From Candidatus Babeliales bacterium (GTDB lineage: Bacteria > Babelota > Babeliae > Babelales > JANWKD01), in contig CAVXJH010000005.1 of NCBI GenBank assembly GCA_963762115.1, positions 43,968-107,967 on the forward strand: DNA of 64,000 bases. The letters are read 5' to 3'. Position 1 is the first letter of the stretch. Every line of letters starts with the position of its first letter. A program made the translations under genes and the position numbers. Of the stretch, positions 1 through 10,070 are shown one piece after another. The notes beneath the pieces are model-generated. The model saw only the letters and a list, made by a program, of their open reading frames with translations. It ran no database searches and was not told where the DNA came from.

Positions 1-1075
1 GAAGATTATTAAATTGCATCCTAAGGTTGCGAAATGCTTCTACAACAGCATTAATATCAGCATTTTTTGCTAACAGGTCAATAAAAGTTGGCATCAGTTT
101 GGCTGAAATTAATTCCATTGCCTCTTTTACTGGCGTAAAATTGCTATCAATGTTAATAATATCTTGACTCAATTTTGGCATATCATCAGGAATAGTAAAA
201 AATGGAATCTTTGGCATTGCAAGAGTAAACGGTATGCCAGTCCCCTGTTGTTTACCAGCGGCCGCACCGCCTGCAGCTCCACCCGTTGGTTTTATTTTTG
301 AATGACGCATAAATCGATCTTGAGCCCTTTTAAATTCCTCATATATTCCATTTTGATCAGTTGGGTTTAAAGAGGCAAAAGCATCATTCATTAGTATTGC
401 ATTATAAAAATGATATTGTACATTAGCTTCTTCTTGAAATGCACCTTTATAAGTCAATCTAATTTGCTGCCATGCATTTTCATTTTGATTATAAATGTTA
501 TCAACATACGTATAAAATTGATTAATACCTTGCATGATCTCATACAAAAATTGAGCTATCAAGCCTGCATCAACAGGCGCAATAGCATTCAATTTCCCAT
601 CAATTTCCTGTAAGAGTTTTGTTAATTCTGCTTCTGGTGCGGCCATCTTATTAAGATCCACTACAAGAACATCTAAAACCTGTGATCTATCATGAATACC
701 AGGTTGTATATAATCTACCAAAGTAAAAATAAAATGATTCATAGCGTTTGCCAAATCATTAAACTGCACTTTTATGTTTCTAAGCAAATCGTTTAAACCT
801 GCATCTGATGTTTTTGGAAATTGAAAATTTGTTTCTATTTTAGGTGCTGGAATAACTTTCCCTCCACCGGCACCGACATGGCTTGGTGTTGGTTCTGGCA
901 ATGGTAGTAAAGTGCCGCCGGTTGAAGGCTTCAATACACCGGGCTTTTGCAAGGCATCTCCCAAAGCAGTTAAATGCTGCTGCAAGCTAACTAATTCGCG
1001 TTGCAAATCTGCCCGTATTGATACAACATTCGCTACCATCAAACAAAATAATAAACCACGAAAAACTATCTTCAT
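1..1075 (-). CDS. hypothetical secreted protein, partial (C-terminus lies beyond window start)
   Basis: The reverse-strand frame is open from ATG at 1075..1073 (GGAGAG just upstream) down to position 2; I checked it codon by codon and found no stop. It is missing from the ORF track only because it leaves the window. The N-terminus MKIVFRGLLFCLMVANVVSIRADLQ looks like a Sec signal peptide. No family recognised. Confidence 0.55.
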   Translation of the reverse strand, partial: MKIVFRGLLFCLMVANVVSIRADLQRELVSLQQHLTALGDALQKPGVLKPSTGGTLLPLPEPTPSHVGAGGGKVIPAPKIETNFQFPKTSDAGLNDLLRNIKVQFNDLANAMNHFIFTLVDYIQPGIHDRSQVLDVLVVDLNKMAAPEAELTKLLQEIDGKLNAIAPVDAGLIAQFLYEIMQGINQFYTYVDNIYNQNENAWQQIRLTYKGAFQEEANVQYHFYNAILMNDAFASLNPTDQNGIYEEFKRAQDRFMRHSKIKPTGGAAGGAAAGKQQGTGIPFTLAMPKIPFFTIPDDMPKLSQDIINIDSNFTPVKEAMELISAKLMPTFIDLLAKNADINAVVEAFRNLRMQFNNL

Positions 1076-1136
1076 TTCTCTCCTTTTTTTCTTAGAAAAA
1101 CTTTTTTAACAGCGTAAAAAATCTAACCATCTCAAA

Positions 1137-1838
1137 TCAAGAATACGCAATGCGTTTAAAATACGATCGCATCATCATAAAATACCACAGTGCTGAAAGC
1201 AAAGCGCCCAAATGTGTTAAACAATACAGATAAAAGCTTATCTTACTTAATTGCTTAAACACAATGGTTGCCTCTTGTAATAAGGTAATTTTGCCAACCA
1301 ATGATGAAAAGAGAGGAGTGCGTTTTAAAAGTTTTTTGAATATAGTAAGCGGCGTTACTTTCTCAGCTATTTCAGAAGAAACAGGTTGCTCGGTCAACTG
1401 TTTGAGCCGAGGAATATATTTTATGGCAACAACGGCCATGCAGCCAAAAAATAACAATCCCGTTACGGTGATAATGCGCATGGTGAGTGGCCAATTGAGA
1501 CAAATAAAACGCATAACAAAAGCACGATTGTCACCATGAACATTGGTTTTATAACACCAAAGAATGCCAAACACAACAATGATAACCATCAAAAGGGAAA
1601 ACCATACATGCCATACATCAAAAACATGGATCGTTAAGGGCAATGGCGCCGTCTCAGACTCCAAATAGTGTTTAATAAAGCCAAAGGTGTGATAATACAA
1701 CGTACACAAAAAGTTAAACACCGAACAACCAAGCAGCAACAAAGCAATCATGCCAATAAAATACATAACAACATGCCCAGAATGTATTTCATCTTTTCTT
1801 AACGCCTGCACCATCTTATCAACGGACCATACTATCAT
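1137..1838 (-). CDS. multi-pass membrane protein, unknown function
   Basis: 233-aa ORF with several hydrophobic helices (IGMIALLLLGCSVFNFL, VWFSLLMVIIVVFGILW, TGLLFFGCMAVVAI, LGALLSALWYFMMM). No family recognised. Confidence 0.5.
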   Translation of the reverse strand: MIVWSVDKMVQALRKDEIHSGHVVMYFIGMIALLLLGCSVFNFLCTLYYHTFGFIKHYLESETAPLPLTIHVFDVWHVWFSLLMVIIVVFGILWCYKTNVHGDNRAFVMRFICLNWPLTMRIITVTGLLFFGCMAVVAIKYIPRLKQLTEQPVSSEIAEKVTPLTIFKKLLKRTPLFSSLVGKITLLQEATIVFKQLSKISFYLYCLTHLGALLSALWYFMMMRSYFKRIAYS

Positions 1839-1861
1839 ACCGCTACCCCTTATAATGAGTT

Positions 1862-2743
1862 TTATATCTTTTCAAAACCTTTTTTAATATCTTCTGCGGT
1901 GAAAACGTTCATAGGCTGCTTAAGACAATAGCGATACACCGACACATAAAAAAGACCTTCTGCCATAAGCACAAGCGTCAGAATGAGACCCAAGATGAAA
2001 AAAATCACGGCAACGCCGACAGCTTCATTCCACACATAACTGACAACCGTTTCAGTGCTATAACACAGTGCCACTGTTACCATAATAAACAATTCAGTAA
2101 ACACAAAAGTCGCATATACTTCTGAACCGAATGTTTCTTTCATATGACGTTCAGAATCATGGATCATTTCTTTCATTGAACGATCTTCAACGGCAATAAG
2201 AGGGACCATCAACGTGGTGACTTCAGCCCACTTATCAGATTTTGCTTGGATCAAAAAATCAGCTATGCCAAATTCTTGAGCGCGTTTTTTAATAAATTGT
2301 TTAAGTGGCGTTTCACCACCAAGAATTACTATTGTTTTTGCCCACGCATATTCAAGGATAGTGCTCACATGCTTTAAGGCATAAGAAATACTTTGAAACA
2401 CGGTTGAGCTTTTGGCTGATGTGGCAGTTAACAGATAATGTGCTGTGCTCACTTGCATCATGAGCATGTTAATCATAATTAAAAAATAAAGAGGAGCGAG
2501 TAAAAATAGGATGAAGAAACTTAATTCCCATAATGAAATAAGACCCCACAATTCTAAGGTGTCAGCATTAAAAACATGAATACCGTAACGAAGATAGACG
2601 ATAACCCACACTATAATTTCGATCAAACAGAAAATTAAAAGACTCACCAGAGGGAACATAAAAAGCGTTGGTTGTTGCAAGCAAACCAAAAAGCTCTTTT
2701 TTAACAATTGAACGGTATACCACAATGATTGCACCATGCCCAT
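1862..2743 (-). CDS. multi-pass membrane protein, unknown function
   Basis: 293-aa ORF. It has hydrophobic helices at both ends flanking a soluble central segment. Same strand as 1137..1838 and 23 nt upstream of it. Confidence 0.5.
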   Translation of the reverse strand: MGMVQSLWYTVQLLKKSFLVCLQQPTLFMFPLVSLLIFCLIEIIVWVIVYLRYGIHVFNADTLELWGLISLWELSFFILFLLAPLYFLIMINMLMMQVSTAHYLLTATSAKSSTVFQSISYALKHVSTILEYAWAKTIVILGGETPLKQFIKKRAQEFGIADFLIQAKSDKWAEVTTLMVPLIAVEDRSMKEMIHDSERHMKETFGSEVYATFVFTELFIMVTVALCYSTETVVSYVWNEAVGVAVIFFILGLILTLVLMAEGLFYVSVYRYCLKQPMNVFTAEDIKKGFEKI

Positions 2744-2813
2744 ACTCTACTCTCCTTTTTTGCAGATTTAGTATGAGCATAAAAAAATGCCGAAGGGCAA
2801 TGCTAGATTTTAT

Positions 2814-3467
2814 TTATAAATCTTTTTTTTCTAAAAAAGAAACGACAAATTGACTCCAAGATTCAAGTGAATCACCCAATGCTTTACAGTCTTCTAGCGG
2901 AACTAATTGACCACTTTTAAGCTCTTCGTTGACAGAAATAGTTGGCGTGGAACCCTTAATTAAAAACACAAAACCAATATGCACTTGTCCAACCGGATTG
3001 GAATCATCATTGATCACACCCAGCGGTTGAATGGTAAAATCATCATGATAGTTAACTTCTTCATGAAACTCTCGACGCGCCCATTCAAAGATAGAATTAT
3101 GCTCCATATCTTCTTCTCGAATGTGACCGCCAATACCCAACGTGAATTTATTATGCAACCTTTTCTCGCCTGACACATTAGTGCGTTGCATGAGAAAATA
3201 GGTATCATTATGTGCAAAAATAAGATACGGAATAATTTGTTTATACGCAGGATCAACTTCCATATGCGTACGGGGTAAAAACTGTTTTTTTTCTTGTATT
3301 AATGAAAGATACGCATCGAAATCTACTTCTTTAAGTCCTGTCCAAGCTGGTTGCGCTTGAGAAAAAAGATAGTCCCGTTTGACGACCAATATCATTTCAT
3401 CATTGACGCTCATATGAGGTGCGGTAGTTTTTTGAATTTGTGTCATAAGATTCTTACCTCTTTGCAA
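2814..3467 (-). CDS. NUDIX (MutT-like) family hydrolase
   Basis: Nudix-box-like stretch GIGGHIREEDMEHNSIFEWARREFHEEVNY. The spacing deviates slightly from the canonical GX5EX7REUXEEXGU. Confidence 0.5.
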   Translation of the reverse strand: MQRGKNLMTQIQKTTAPHMSVNDEMILVVKRDYLFSQAQPAWTGLKEVDFDAYLSLIQEKKQFLPRTHMEVDPAYKQIIPYLIFAHNDTYFLMQRTNVSGEKRLHNKFTLGIGGHIREEDMEHNSIFEWARREFHEEVNYHDDFTIQPLGVINDDSNPVGQVHIGFVFLIKGSTPTISVNEELKSGQLVPLEDCKALGDSLESWSQFVVSFLEKKDL

Positions 3468-3528
3468 AATGGTGAACAGTATAATCTCTTTAAGTTTGTC
3501 ATTTTAGAGAAATTACTGCAAATGATTT

Positions 3529-3915
3529 TTATTGCGCCAATAATCCAGCTTTTTCCATTTTCTCTTTTAATTCTTCAGCTGTCATTGTTGCAACATCACG
3601 CACTTCAGGTTGCTCTTGGCGATTTAAATATTCTTCTTGGCAAGGACCTTGTACAAGATATCCTTTTTGAACCCATTCAGCCATACCACCCTCATAAGCC
3701 CAAACATTGCTAAATCCTAAATCATATACAATATGCCACGCCTTATGACTGATTGGGCAATGATATGAACCACAATACACAACAATATGCGTCTCTTTAT
3801 CAACTTTTTTTAAATAATTTTCTAATTCATCCAAAGGAGCATTAACTGAACCTAAAATATGACAATCTTTATAATAATTTTTTTTTAATGCGTTAATCAC
3901 CAATAATTTTTGCAT
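3529..3915 (-). CDS. rhodanese-like domain protein
   Basis: Single rhodanese domain pattern: HILGSVNAP ... VVYCGSYHCPISHKAWHIVYDLGFSNVWAYEGGMAEW, with the active-site Cys loop. Confidence 0.7.
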   Translation of the reverse strand: MQKLLVINALKKNYYKDCHILGSVNAPLDELENYLKKVDKETHIVVYCGSYHCPISHKAWHIVYDLGFSNVWAYEGGMAEWVQKGYLVQGPCQEEYLNRQEQPEVRDVATMTAEELKEKMEKAGLLAQ

Positions 3916-4102
3916 ACAATGCTCTCTTTTTTTCTAAAATTACCCTATAACTTCTTCTTTTATGTTCTATACCAAGAAATAGATCTTAGATGCAAATCTA
4001 TTTTTAAATTCACCATTATAAGGCCATAACTCCCATTTTTAATAATAAACAGTATATGGTACAATCAAAGCAGAAAATACTCATGAACTAAAGGAATATC
4101 AG

Positions 4103-6547
4103 ATGAGTTACCCTTTTAAAGATGTAGAAAAAAAATGGCAGCACTATTGGGCTGATCACAAAATCGGAGAAGCAAAACCAACCGGCAATGGAAAAAAATA
4201 TTATTGCTTAGATATGTTTCCTTACCCTTCTGGATCAGGATTACATGTTGGTCATTGGCGTGGTTATGTTTTATCGGATGTATATGCACGCATTAAATCA
4301 TTACAAGGATACAACGTTTTACATCCTATGGGATGGGATGCTTTCGGCTTGCCGGCAGAAAATGACGCTATAAAAAAAGGCATTTTGCCGCAAGATAGTA
4401 CCGCAAAAAACATTGCACATTTCAAACAACAACTACAAGAAGTTGGTGCGTTATATGATTGGTCAAAAGAAGTAAATACAACTGACCCTGATTATTATAA
4501 ATGGACGCAATGGATTTTTTTACAAATGTATAAAGCTGGTTTGGCTTATCAATCTAATATGCCAATCAATTGGTGCCCCGTAGATAAAACAGGACTTGCC
4601 AATGAGGAAGTCATTGATGGTTGTTGTGAACGATGCGGCGCGCAGGTTGAACAAAAAAAAATTCCACAATGGGTATTACGTATCACCAACTACGCACAAA
4701 AGCTACTTGATGGTCTTGATACGCTTGAATGGCCAGAAAAAGTAAAATCAATGCAAAGAAATTGGATTGGCAGGAGTGAAGGGTTAATCTTTACTGCTCC
4801 GATAAAGGGTACCAATCTCACTTTGCAAACATATTCTGCTCACTTTGAAAGTTGTTATGCCGACACTTTTGTTGTTATTGCTCCTGATCACCCATTTTTA
4901 AAAACGTTACTTGAAGATGTTCCCAACAAACAAGAAATTCTTGATTATTGCCACGCTATTATAAAAAAGAGAAGTGAAGATCGTGATCTTTCAGAACCCG
5001 AAGGAATTTTCACCGGGAAATACATTATTGATCCTTTAGGCAATGGCGATCTTCCTATTTGGGTTGCAAGTTTTGCTCTGGCAGATTATGGAACGGGTAT
5101 CGTTAAATGCTCTGCACATGATGAGCGTGATTTTGCTTTTGCAAAAAAATATCACATTCCACTCAAAGCCGTTTTATTACCGGCATATGATAAAGAACTA
5201 CAAGAAAAAGTAAAAAAATTCGAACTATGTTTTCACAATGCACAAGAAGGTATCTTAACCGAACCATCACCATTTGCAGGAAAAATTGCTGCTGACGTTC
5301 GTGAACAATTGGCCGATTATTTGGTAGAAAAAAAATTCGCCGAACGAAAAATTAACTACAAACTGCGTGATTGGATCTTCTCTCGTCAACGCTATTGGGG
5401 TGAGCCAATTCCGTTAATTCATTGTGAGCAGTGCGGCATTGTGCCCGTGCCAGAAGATCAATTGCCCGTCACGTTACCAGCAGTTGAAGAATATCATCCA
5501 ACAGGAACGGGCGAATCGCCGTTAGCCGCCATCACTGATTGGGTCAATACAAAATGCCCACAATGCAACGGCCCTGCAAAACGTGAAACCAACACCATGC
5601 CTCAATGGGCTGGATCATGTTGGTATTTCTTGCGCTACCCAAATCCACAATTGCAAACAGAAGCATTCTCTCAAAAAGATATGCAGTATTGGTTGCCTGT
5701 TGATTTATATGTTGGCGGTGTTGAGCATGCTATTTTGCATTTATTATATGCACGTTTTTATGTCAAAGTGCTCCATGATCTTGGTTTTTTGAAATTTAAT
5801 GAACCATTCACGCACCTCTTCAATCAAGGCATGGTAAACAAATTTTCAGAATTATCCGGTGCTGTTGAAAAAATGTCCAAATCAAAAGGAAATGTCGTAA
5901 ATCCTGATGAAATTGTGCAACAATATGGTTCTGATGTATTACGCATGTATATATTGTTCATGGGCCCGCCTGAACTTGATTGCGTTTGGCAAGACAATGG
6001 TCTTGAAGGCATAAAAAGATTTTTGAATAAATTATGGGATTATTTGGTGCAACCAACCACCATTCTGCCTGAAGGTCAACAAGAAACAAAAGAAGTCACG
6101 CAAAGATTTCATCAATTTTTAAAAGCATGGCAAGAACGACTTGATCTTTTTAAACCAAACACCGCTTTATCTGCTGCTATGGAATGGCTTAATGATGCAA
6201 TCGCACACAATATGCAATTCAATAAAAATACGATAGAACAACTTTTAGTTGCTCTATCAACGATGGCGCCTCATTTTAGCAGTGAATTGTTAGTCATGTT
6301 GGTGAATAAAAAATTGCAAGATTGCCAATGGCAAACTTATAATGCTGCGCTTGCACAAGAAGAAATGGTTATTATTGTTGTACAAATAAATGGTAAAATG
6401 CGTGCCAATCTTACTATACGACGAGATACTGAACAAAAAATTGTTGAAGGTGAAGCTGAACAACTTGCATTCAAATGGCTTGAAGGGAAAGATATCAAAA
6501 AGATAATCTATGTTCCCAATCGTTTGGTTAATTTTGTGGTGCAATAA
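4103..6547 (+). CDS. leuS: leucine--tRNA ligase
   Basis: 814 aa. Class I signatures are present: HVGH ([16 protein letters not shown]) and KMSKS (EKMSKSKGN). The CP1/editing insertion and the Zn-type Cys pairs are typical of bacterial LeuS. Confidence 0.97.
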   Translation: MSYPFKDVEKKWQHYWADHKIGEAKPTGNGKKYYCLDMFPYPSGSGLHVGHWRGYVLSDVYARIKSLQGYNVLHPMGWDAFGLPAENDAIKKGILPQDSTAKNIAHFKQQLQEVGALYDWSKEVNTTDPDYYKWTQWIFLQMYKAGLAYQSNMPINWCPVDKTGLANEEVIDGCCERCGAQVEQKKIPQWVLRITNYAQKLLDGLDTLEWPEKVKSMQRNWIGRSEGLIFTAPIKGTNLTLQTYSAHFESCYADTFVVIAPDHPFLKTLLEDVPNKQEILDYCHAIIKKRSEDRDLSEPEGIFTGKYIIDPLGNGDLPIWVASFALADYGTGIVKCSAHDERDFAFAKKYHIPLKAVLLPAYDKELQEKVKKFELCFHNAQEGILTEPSPFAGKIAADVREQLADYLVEKKFAERKINYKLRDWIFSRQRYWGEPIPLIHCEQCGIVPVPEDQLPVTLPAVEEYHPTGTGESPLAAITDWVNTKCPQCNGPAKRETNTMPQWAGSCWYFLRYPNPQLQTEAFSQKDMQYWLPVDLYVGGVEHAILHLLYARFYVKVLHDLGFLKFNEPFTHLFNQGMVNKFSELSGAVEKMSKSKGNVVNPDEIVQQYGSDVLRMYILFMGPPELDCVWQDNGLEGIKRFLNKLWDYLVQPTTILPEGQQETKEVTQRFHQFLKAWQERLDLFKPNTALSAAMEWLNDAIAHNMQFNKNTIEQLLVALSTMAPHFSSELLVMLVNKKLQDCQWQTYNAALAQEEMVIIVVQINGKMRANLTIRRDTEQKIVEGEAEQLAFKWLEGKDIKKIIYVPNRLVNFVVQ

Positions 6548-6557
6548 CATTCTTTAT

Positions 6558-6582
6558 GAGGTGAGCATGCTGCGCTCACCTC
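6558..6582. terminator. 9-bp stem hairpin between convergent leuS and 6585..6998
   Basis: GAGGTGAGC-atgctgc-GCTCACCTC. There is no clear U-tract, so it is only a candidate bidirectional terminator. Confidence 0.4.
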
Positions 6583-6584
6583 AC

Positions 6585-6998
6585 TTAACTAATAATACAA
6601 CGTTTTTTTTTAGATTTTTTATGCATTACCGCAATAGAAACATCTGCAATAACTTTACCACCTCGATCATAGATCTTGCCATCACGCAAATAACGAGTAG
6701 GACGACTTCTTTGCAAAAAATCATATAATTGAGTGAAATCATTTTCATAAAAACTACCATCGTCAAAATACGTTATAGCTTTATGCGTGGTGCCATCAAA
6801 TTTTCCGCGTAATTTTCCATCTTCATTAACGTAGACCGTCACTTTTCTTTGTTCGCTTGCCTTATTCATACGGTCAACACAAATAGTTTTATCAGAACGC
6901 CATTGCTTACATAATCTTTCACGCATGTCGTCCATGCCAAACATTGAACCTACACTGAAAAAAATCACTATAAAAAAGAAATTTTTATAGCTCTTCAT
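6585..6998 (-). CDS. small leader-bearing protein with polybasic + CaaX C-terminus (KKSKKKRCIIS)
   Basis: GGGAG Shine-Dalgarno before the ATG. The leader MKSYKNFFFIVIFFSVGSMFG|MDD carries the junction motif. The last 11 codons read KKSKKKR-CIIS-stop. Confidence 0.6.
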   Translation of the reverse strand: MKSYKNFFFIVIFFSVGSMFGMDDMRERLCKQWRSDKTICVDRMNKASEQRKVTVYVNEDGKLRGKFDGTTHKAITYFDDGSFYENDFTQLYDFLQRSRPTRYLRDGKIYDRGGKVIADVSIAVMHKKSKKKRCIIS

Positions 6999-7054
6999 AG
7001 CATAACTCCCAAAAAAATAATGGTTTTTATTGTTCCATTCATACTAAAAAGATT

Positions 7055-7609
7055 TCAATTCAAAATACAACAACATTTTCTTTTTCTTTTTCTCAACAAG
7101 GCCATATCTTCTGAGTCTTGCAACATCGCTGTCACACTTCCAACATTTTTGCTCAACTGCTCGTATTTTGCCAACCTCACTTCATCCGAATCGCGCTGCC
7201 CAAGTCTTTTGCCATTTTCTACAGGCATATATTTTCCTCCACACAAAGTGCCAATATTGTGTTCTTCATCTTTGCTCTCTAATCTAAGCTTAAATGCTTC
7301 ATATGCAAGCTTTAACTGTCCTTCTGGAAATTGCATTACCACTCTTTTTTTTTGTATATCAAATTTTGCTATTAATTCCCCAGCACGCTTCACCTTAATC
7401 GTACCATCGACATATTCCTGTTGTTCTAAAATCTCTAATGCCTGTTTTTCTAAACCCCGCCAATGTTCAAAAAAAAGCGCATCATCAACATCAACGTTAC
7501 TTAAAAACATTTTCTTTTTTTCTTCTTTTTCCATGCCATACAAAGAGACAAAAATAAATGCATAGAACACACCATTACCAATCACAAAATAATTTTTAAT
7601 CTTCATCAT
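7055..7609 (-). CDS. small leader-bearing protein with polybasic + Cys-cluster/CaaX C-terminus (RKRKRKCCCILN)
   Basis: AAGGAGA Shine-Dalgarno upstream. Leader ...FYAFIFVSLYG|MEKEE. The C-terminus reads RKRKRK-CC-CILN-stop. Confidence 0.6.
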   Translation of the reverse strand: MMKIKNYFVIGNGVFYAFIFVSLYGMEKEEKKKMFLSNVDVDDALFFEHWRGLEKQALEILEQQEYVDGTIKVKRAGELIAKFDIQKKRVVMQFPEGQLKLAYEAFKLRLESKDEEHNIGTLCGGKYMPVENGKRLGQRDSDEVRLAKYEQLSKNVGSVTAMLQDSEDMALLRKRKRKCCCILN

Positions 7610-7618
7610 TTCTCCTTA

Positions 7619-8074
7619 TTACCAACAAGAAAAACAACAGCAACATTTTTTATGTTCCTTTTCTTCTTTATCAATAAAATGATCATTTTCTGTTGCATTG
7701 GAACCATCATCAATTTCATCTTCATCAATGGGCAAAGGTTCCTGCAATAATTCTTTGAACTTTTCATAAGGGTAAACACGTTCAATTCTTTTTTTTTCGT
7801 TTTTTGGATCAGGAATTTTAACTGATGCTTGTTGCCACAAACCATTAAAACTACCCACCGTTAGCTCTTCCTTATTATGCAAACTAACTGAATTTTTTGA
7901 AAGTAATGACTGTGCCATATATTCAGCAGCCTTTTCTTTTTTAGGAATCCATATTCTTTTAACCGCATCATCACATGCTTTTTGATAGGCATCAAAGTCA
8001 TTCTCCATTGCATATGAAAAAGTAATTAAGCACATGAAGGCAAAAAAATAGATTATCTTTTTTTGTTTTTTCAT
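7619..8074 (-). CDS. small leader-bearing protein with Cys-cluster C-terminus (KKCCCCFSCW)
   Basis: Leader MKKQKKIIYFFAFMCLITFSYA|MEND. The C-terminus reads EHKK-CCCCFSCW-stop. It is the third gene of a same-strand trio. Confidence 0.55.
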   Translation of the reverse strand: MKKQKKIIYFFAFMCLITFSYAMENDFDAYQKACDDAVKRIWIPKKEKAAEYMAQSLLSKNSVSLHNKEELTVGSFNGLWQQASVKIPDPKNEKKRIERVYPYEKFKELLQEPLPIDEDEIDDGSNATENDHFIDKEEKEHKKCCCCFSCW

Positions 8075-8264
8075 GAGTATGACTCATGTAATAAAGACAA
8101 CAAAACAACAATAGAAGCACAACTATTATCCATAAAAATCTCCCCCTTATGAATCCCCGTTAAAACAGATTTTCTGTTTTTTCTATAAAACTCACTATAG
8201 TAAGTTTTATAAGTACAAAGAAAGGTTTTTATGCATTTTATACATGTTGTGCAAAGAATTTTTT

Positions 8265-9331
8265 TTAAGAAACGATAATATACCAACCATGCTGAAGGAG
8301 CGCTTTCACGCGCAAAAATTCTTGCTTAAATTCATTATCGAGATGCGATAACCGAACATAAACATCATCACGTAAAATCCAAGGATCAATACCACGACTT
8401 TTAGAAGGCAACCACATATCATAGTGTGTTTCATCTCCCAATGTCACTTTGAACGTATTTTTTAATCGATGCAATAAAAACTGTATAGTTTTATCTGATG
8501 AATTTGAAAGAATATGCCATACATCTTCATCACAAGAAAAATGAATAACATGATCAGAAAGAAGACCTATTGATAAGCCATATTTTAACAGTTCTCCGGT
8601 ATAACGATTAATTAAAAGATCATATGCTGAACCAAAATGAAATTCTGTTAAATGCAAGGGAATCATCGCCAATTTTTTTGCCAGAGCTACATCGGTGAAA
8701 AACCAACGACCATGCGCAAAATGCAAATCAGCAACAATAGTTGAAATCTCTTCAGGTTGTAGTAAAAGATCAATCACCGCACCAAACATGTTATAATCTA
8801 AACGATCTGCACAAAGTTCCGGCAAATCTTGCTCTAAAGCCGTAAATTCAGCATTCTTGTGTAAAATATCGGTGATTAAAATGCCATGTTTTTTTAAAAT
8901 TTCAGGAATTTCCGTTTGCTGCAAAAACCATTCATGAATATCATCTTGATAAGAACCAGTCAATGAATGATGATTATACACAATCTCACCAGTATGCGAA
9001 AAAACCGTATGAGAAACATCATGCAGCAACCCTGCTATTTGTTCCAATAATGATGCATTTACCTTACGCAATAAGCATAAAACACCGATTGAATGATCAT
9101 AACGAGTAAAACGTTTTTTGGTGCCAACAAAAAATCTGCACCATATTGATTGATTTTTCTTAATCGTTGCACAGAATGAGATGATAGGAGATCCAATAGA
9201 ACTGGTTCTGTTATGACAAAGGTGCCATAGATGGTGCAAAGAACCTGTGATGGCTGATAACAACGCTTGTCATCAACAGAATGCGCTTGATAAGAAACTG
9301 AATTTAAATCTATTTTTTTTGGTATAAACAT
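8265..9331 (-). pseudogene. HD-domain phosphohydrolase (COG1078-like), interrupted by a 1-nt frameshift
   Basis: The N-terminal piece (9331..9059; ...SVQRLRKINQYGADF) and the C-terminal piece (frame of 9263..8265; FVGTKKRFTRYDHSIGV...LLHDVSHTVFSH) together form a single HD protein. One extra T (A on the + strand) in the A6 run at 9129..9134 would join them. Confidence 0.7.
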
Positions 9332-9409
9332 TATATCTTGTTTTTTCCTTCATTTTGCAAATATTTTTATTAAAAGTAAACAATTTTAATTACATAGGGA
9401 GTTTGATCA

Positions 9410-10064
9410 ATGAAATTATTTTTAGACACGGCACATCTTGATGACATACGAGCCTGGGCATACATGATTGATGGTGTCACCACCAACCCCTCACATCTTG
9501 CAAAAGAAAATAATGATCCCAAAAAACAAGTATTAGAAATTTGTTCTGTTATGCATAACAAAGATGTCAGCGTTGAAATCACCTACACAGAACCAACGGC
9601 AGTCTATCAACAGGCACTAGCCCTTTCAAAACTTGCACCTAACATTGTTGTTAAAGTTCCTTGTCATCACGATTATTATCCGGTGATTGCACAATTAGTG
9701 CGCGATGGCGTCAAAATCAATGTCACTTTAGTGTTCACCCTTGTGCAATCACTCTTTATGTGCAAATTCAGGAGTTAGGTATATTTCTCCTTTCATTGGC
9801 AGATGGGATGATATTGATATTGATGGCACCAATCTTTTATTTGAAATTCGCAGCATGATTGATCAATATAATTATAACACACAAATTCTTGCTGCTTCAA
9901 TTCGACACATTCGTCACTTACATGAAACAATTCTTGCTGGCGCTGATGTTGCAACAATACCAGCATCAGTTCTTGAAAAATCATCCAATCATATTTTAAC
10001 AAAAGAAGGAATGGAACAATTCAACGCCGATTGGAATAAACTTGGCCATCCATCTTTCCCTTAA
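9410..10064 (+). pseudogene. tal: transaldolase / fructose-6-phosphate aldolase (short Tal/Fsa type), interrupted by a 1-nt frameshift
   Basis: MKLFLDTAHLDDIR...GVTTNPS...VVKVP...INVTLVFTLVQSL, then the frame changes to (L)CANSGVRYISPFIGRWDDI...ILAASIRH...FNADWNKL. Removing one T at CTCTTTATG (9755..9757) restores a colinear Tal. The pattern matches short bacterial transaldolases as I recall them. Confidence 0.8.
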
Positions 10065-10070
10065 ACCATT

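Noticed and set aside
7020-7565. 181-aa + strand ORF antisense to 7055..7609
   Set aside because: It is low-complexity (Ser/Phe/Leu/Cys-rich) with no Shine-Dalgarno. The opposite-strand gene has a strong AAGGAGA Shine-Dalgarno, the shared leader motif and the CaaX tail.
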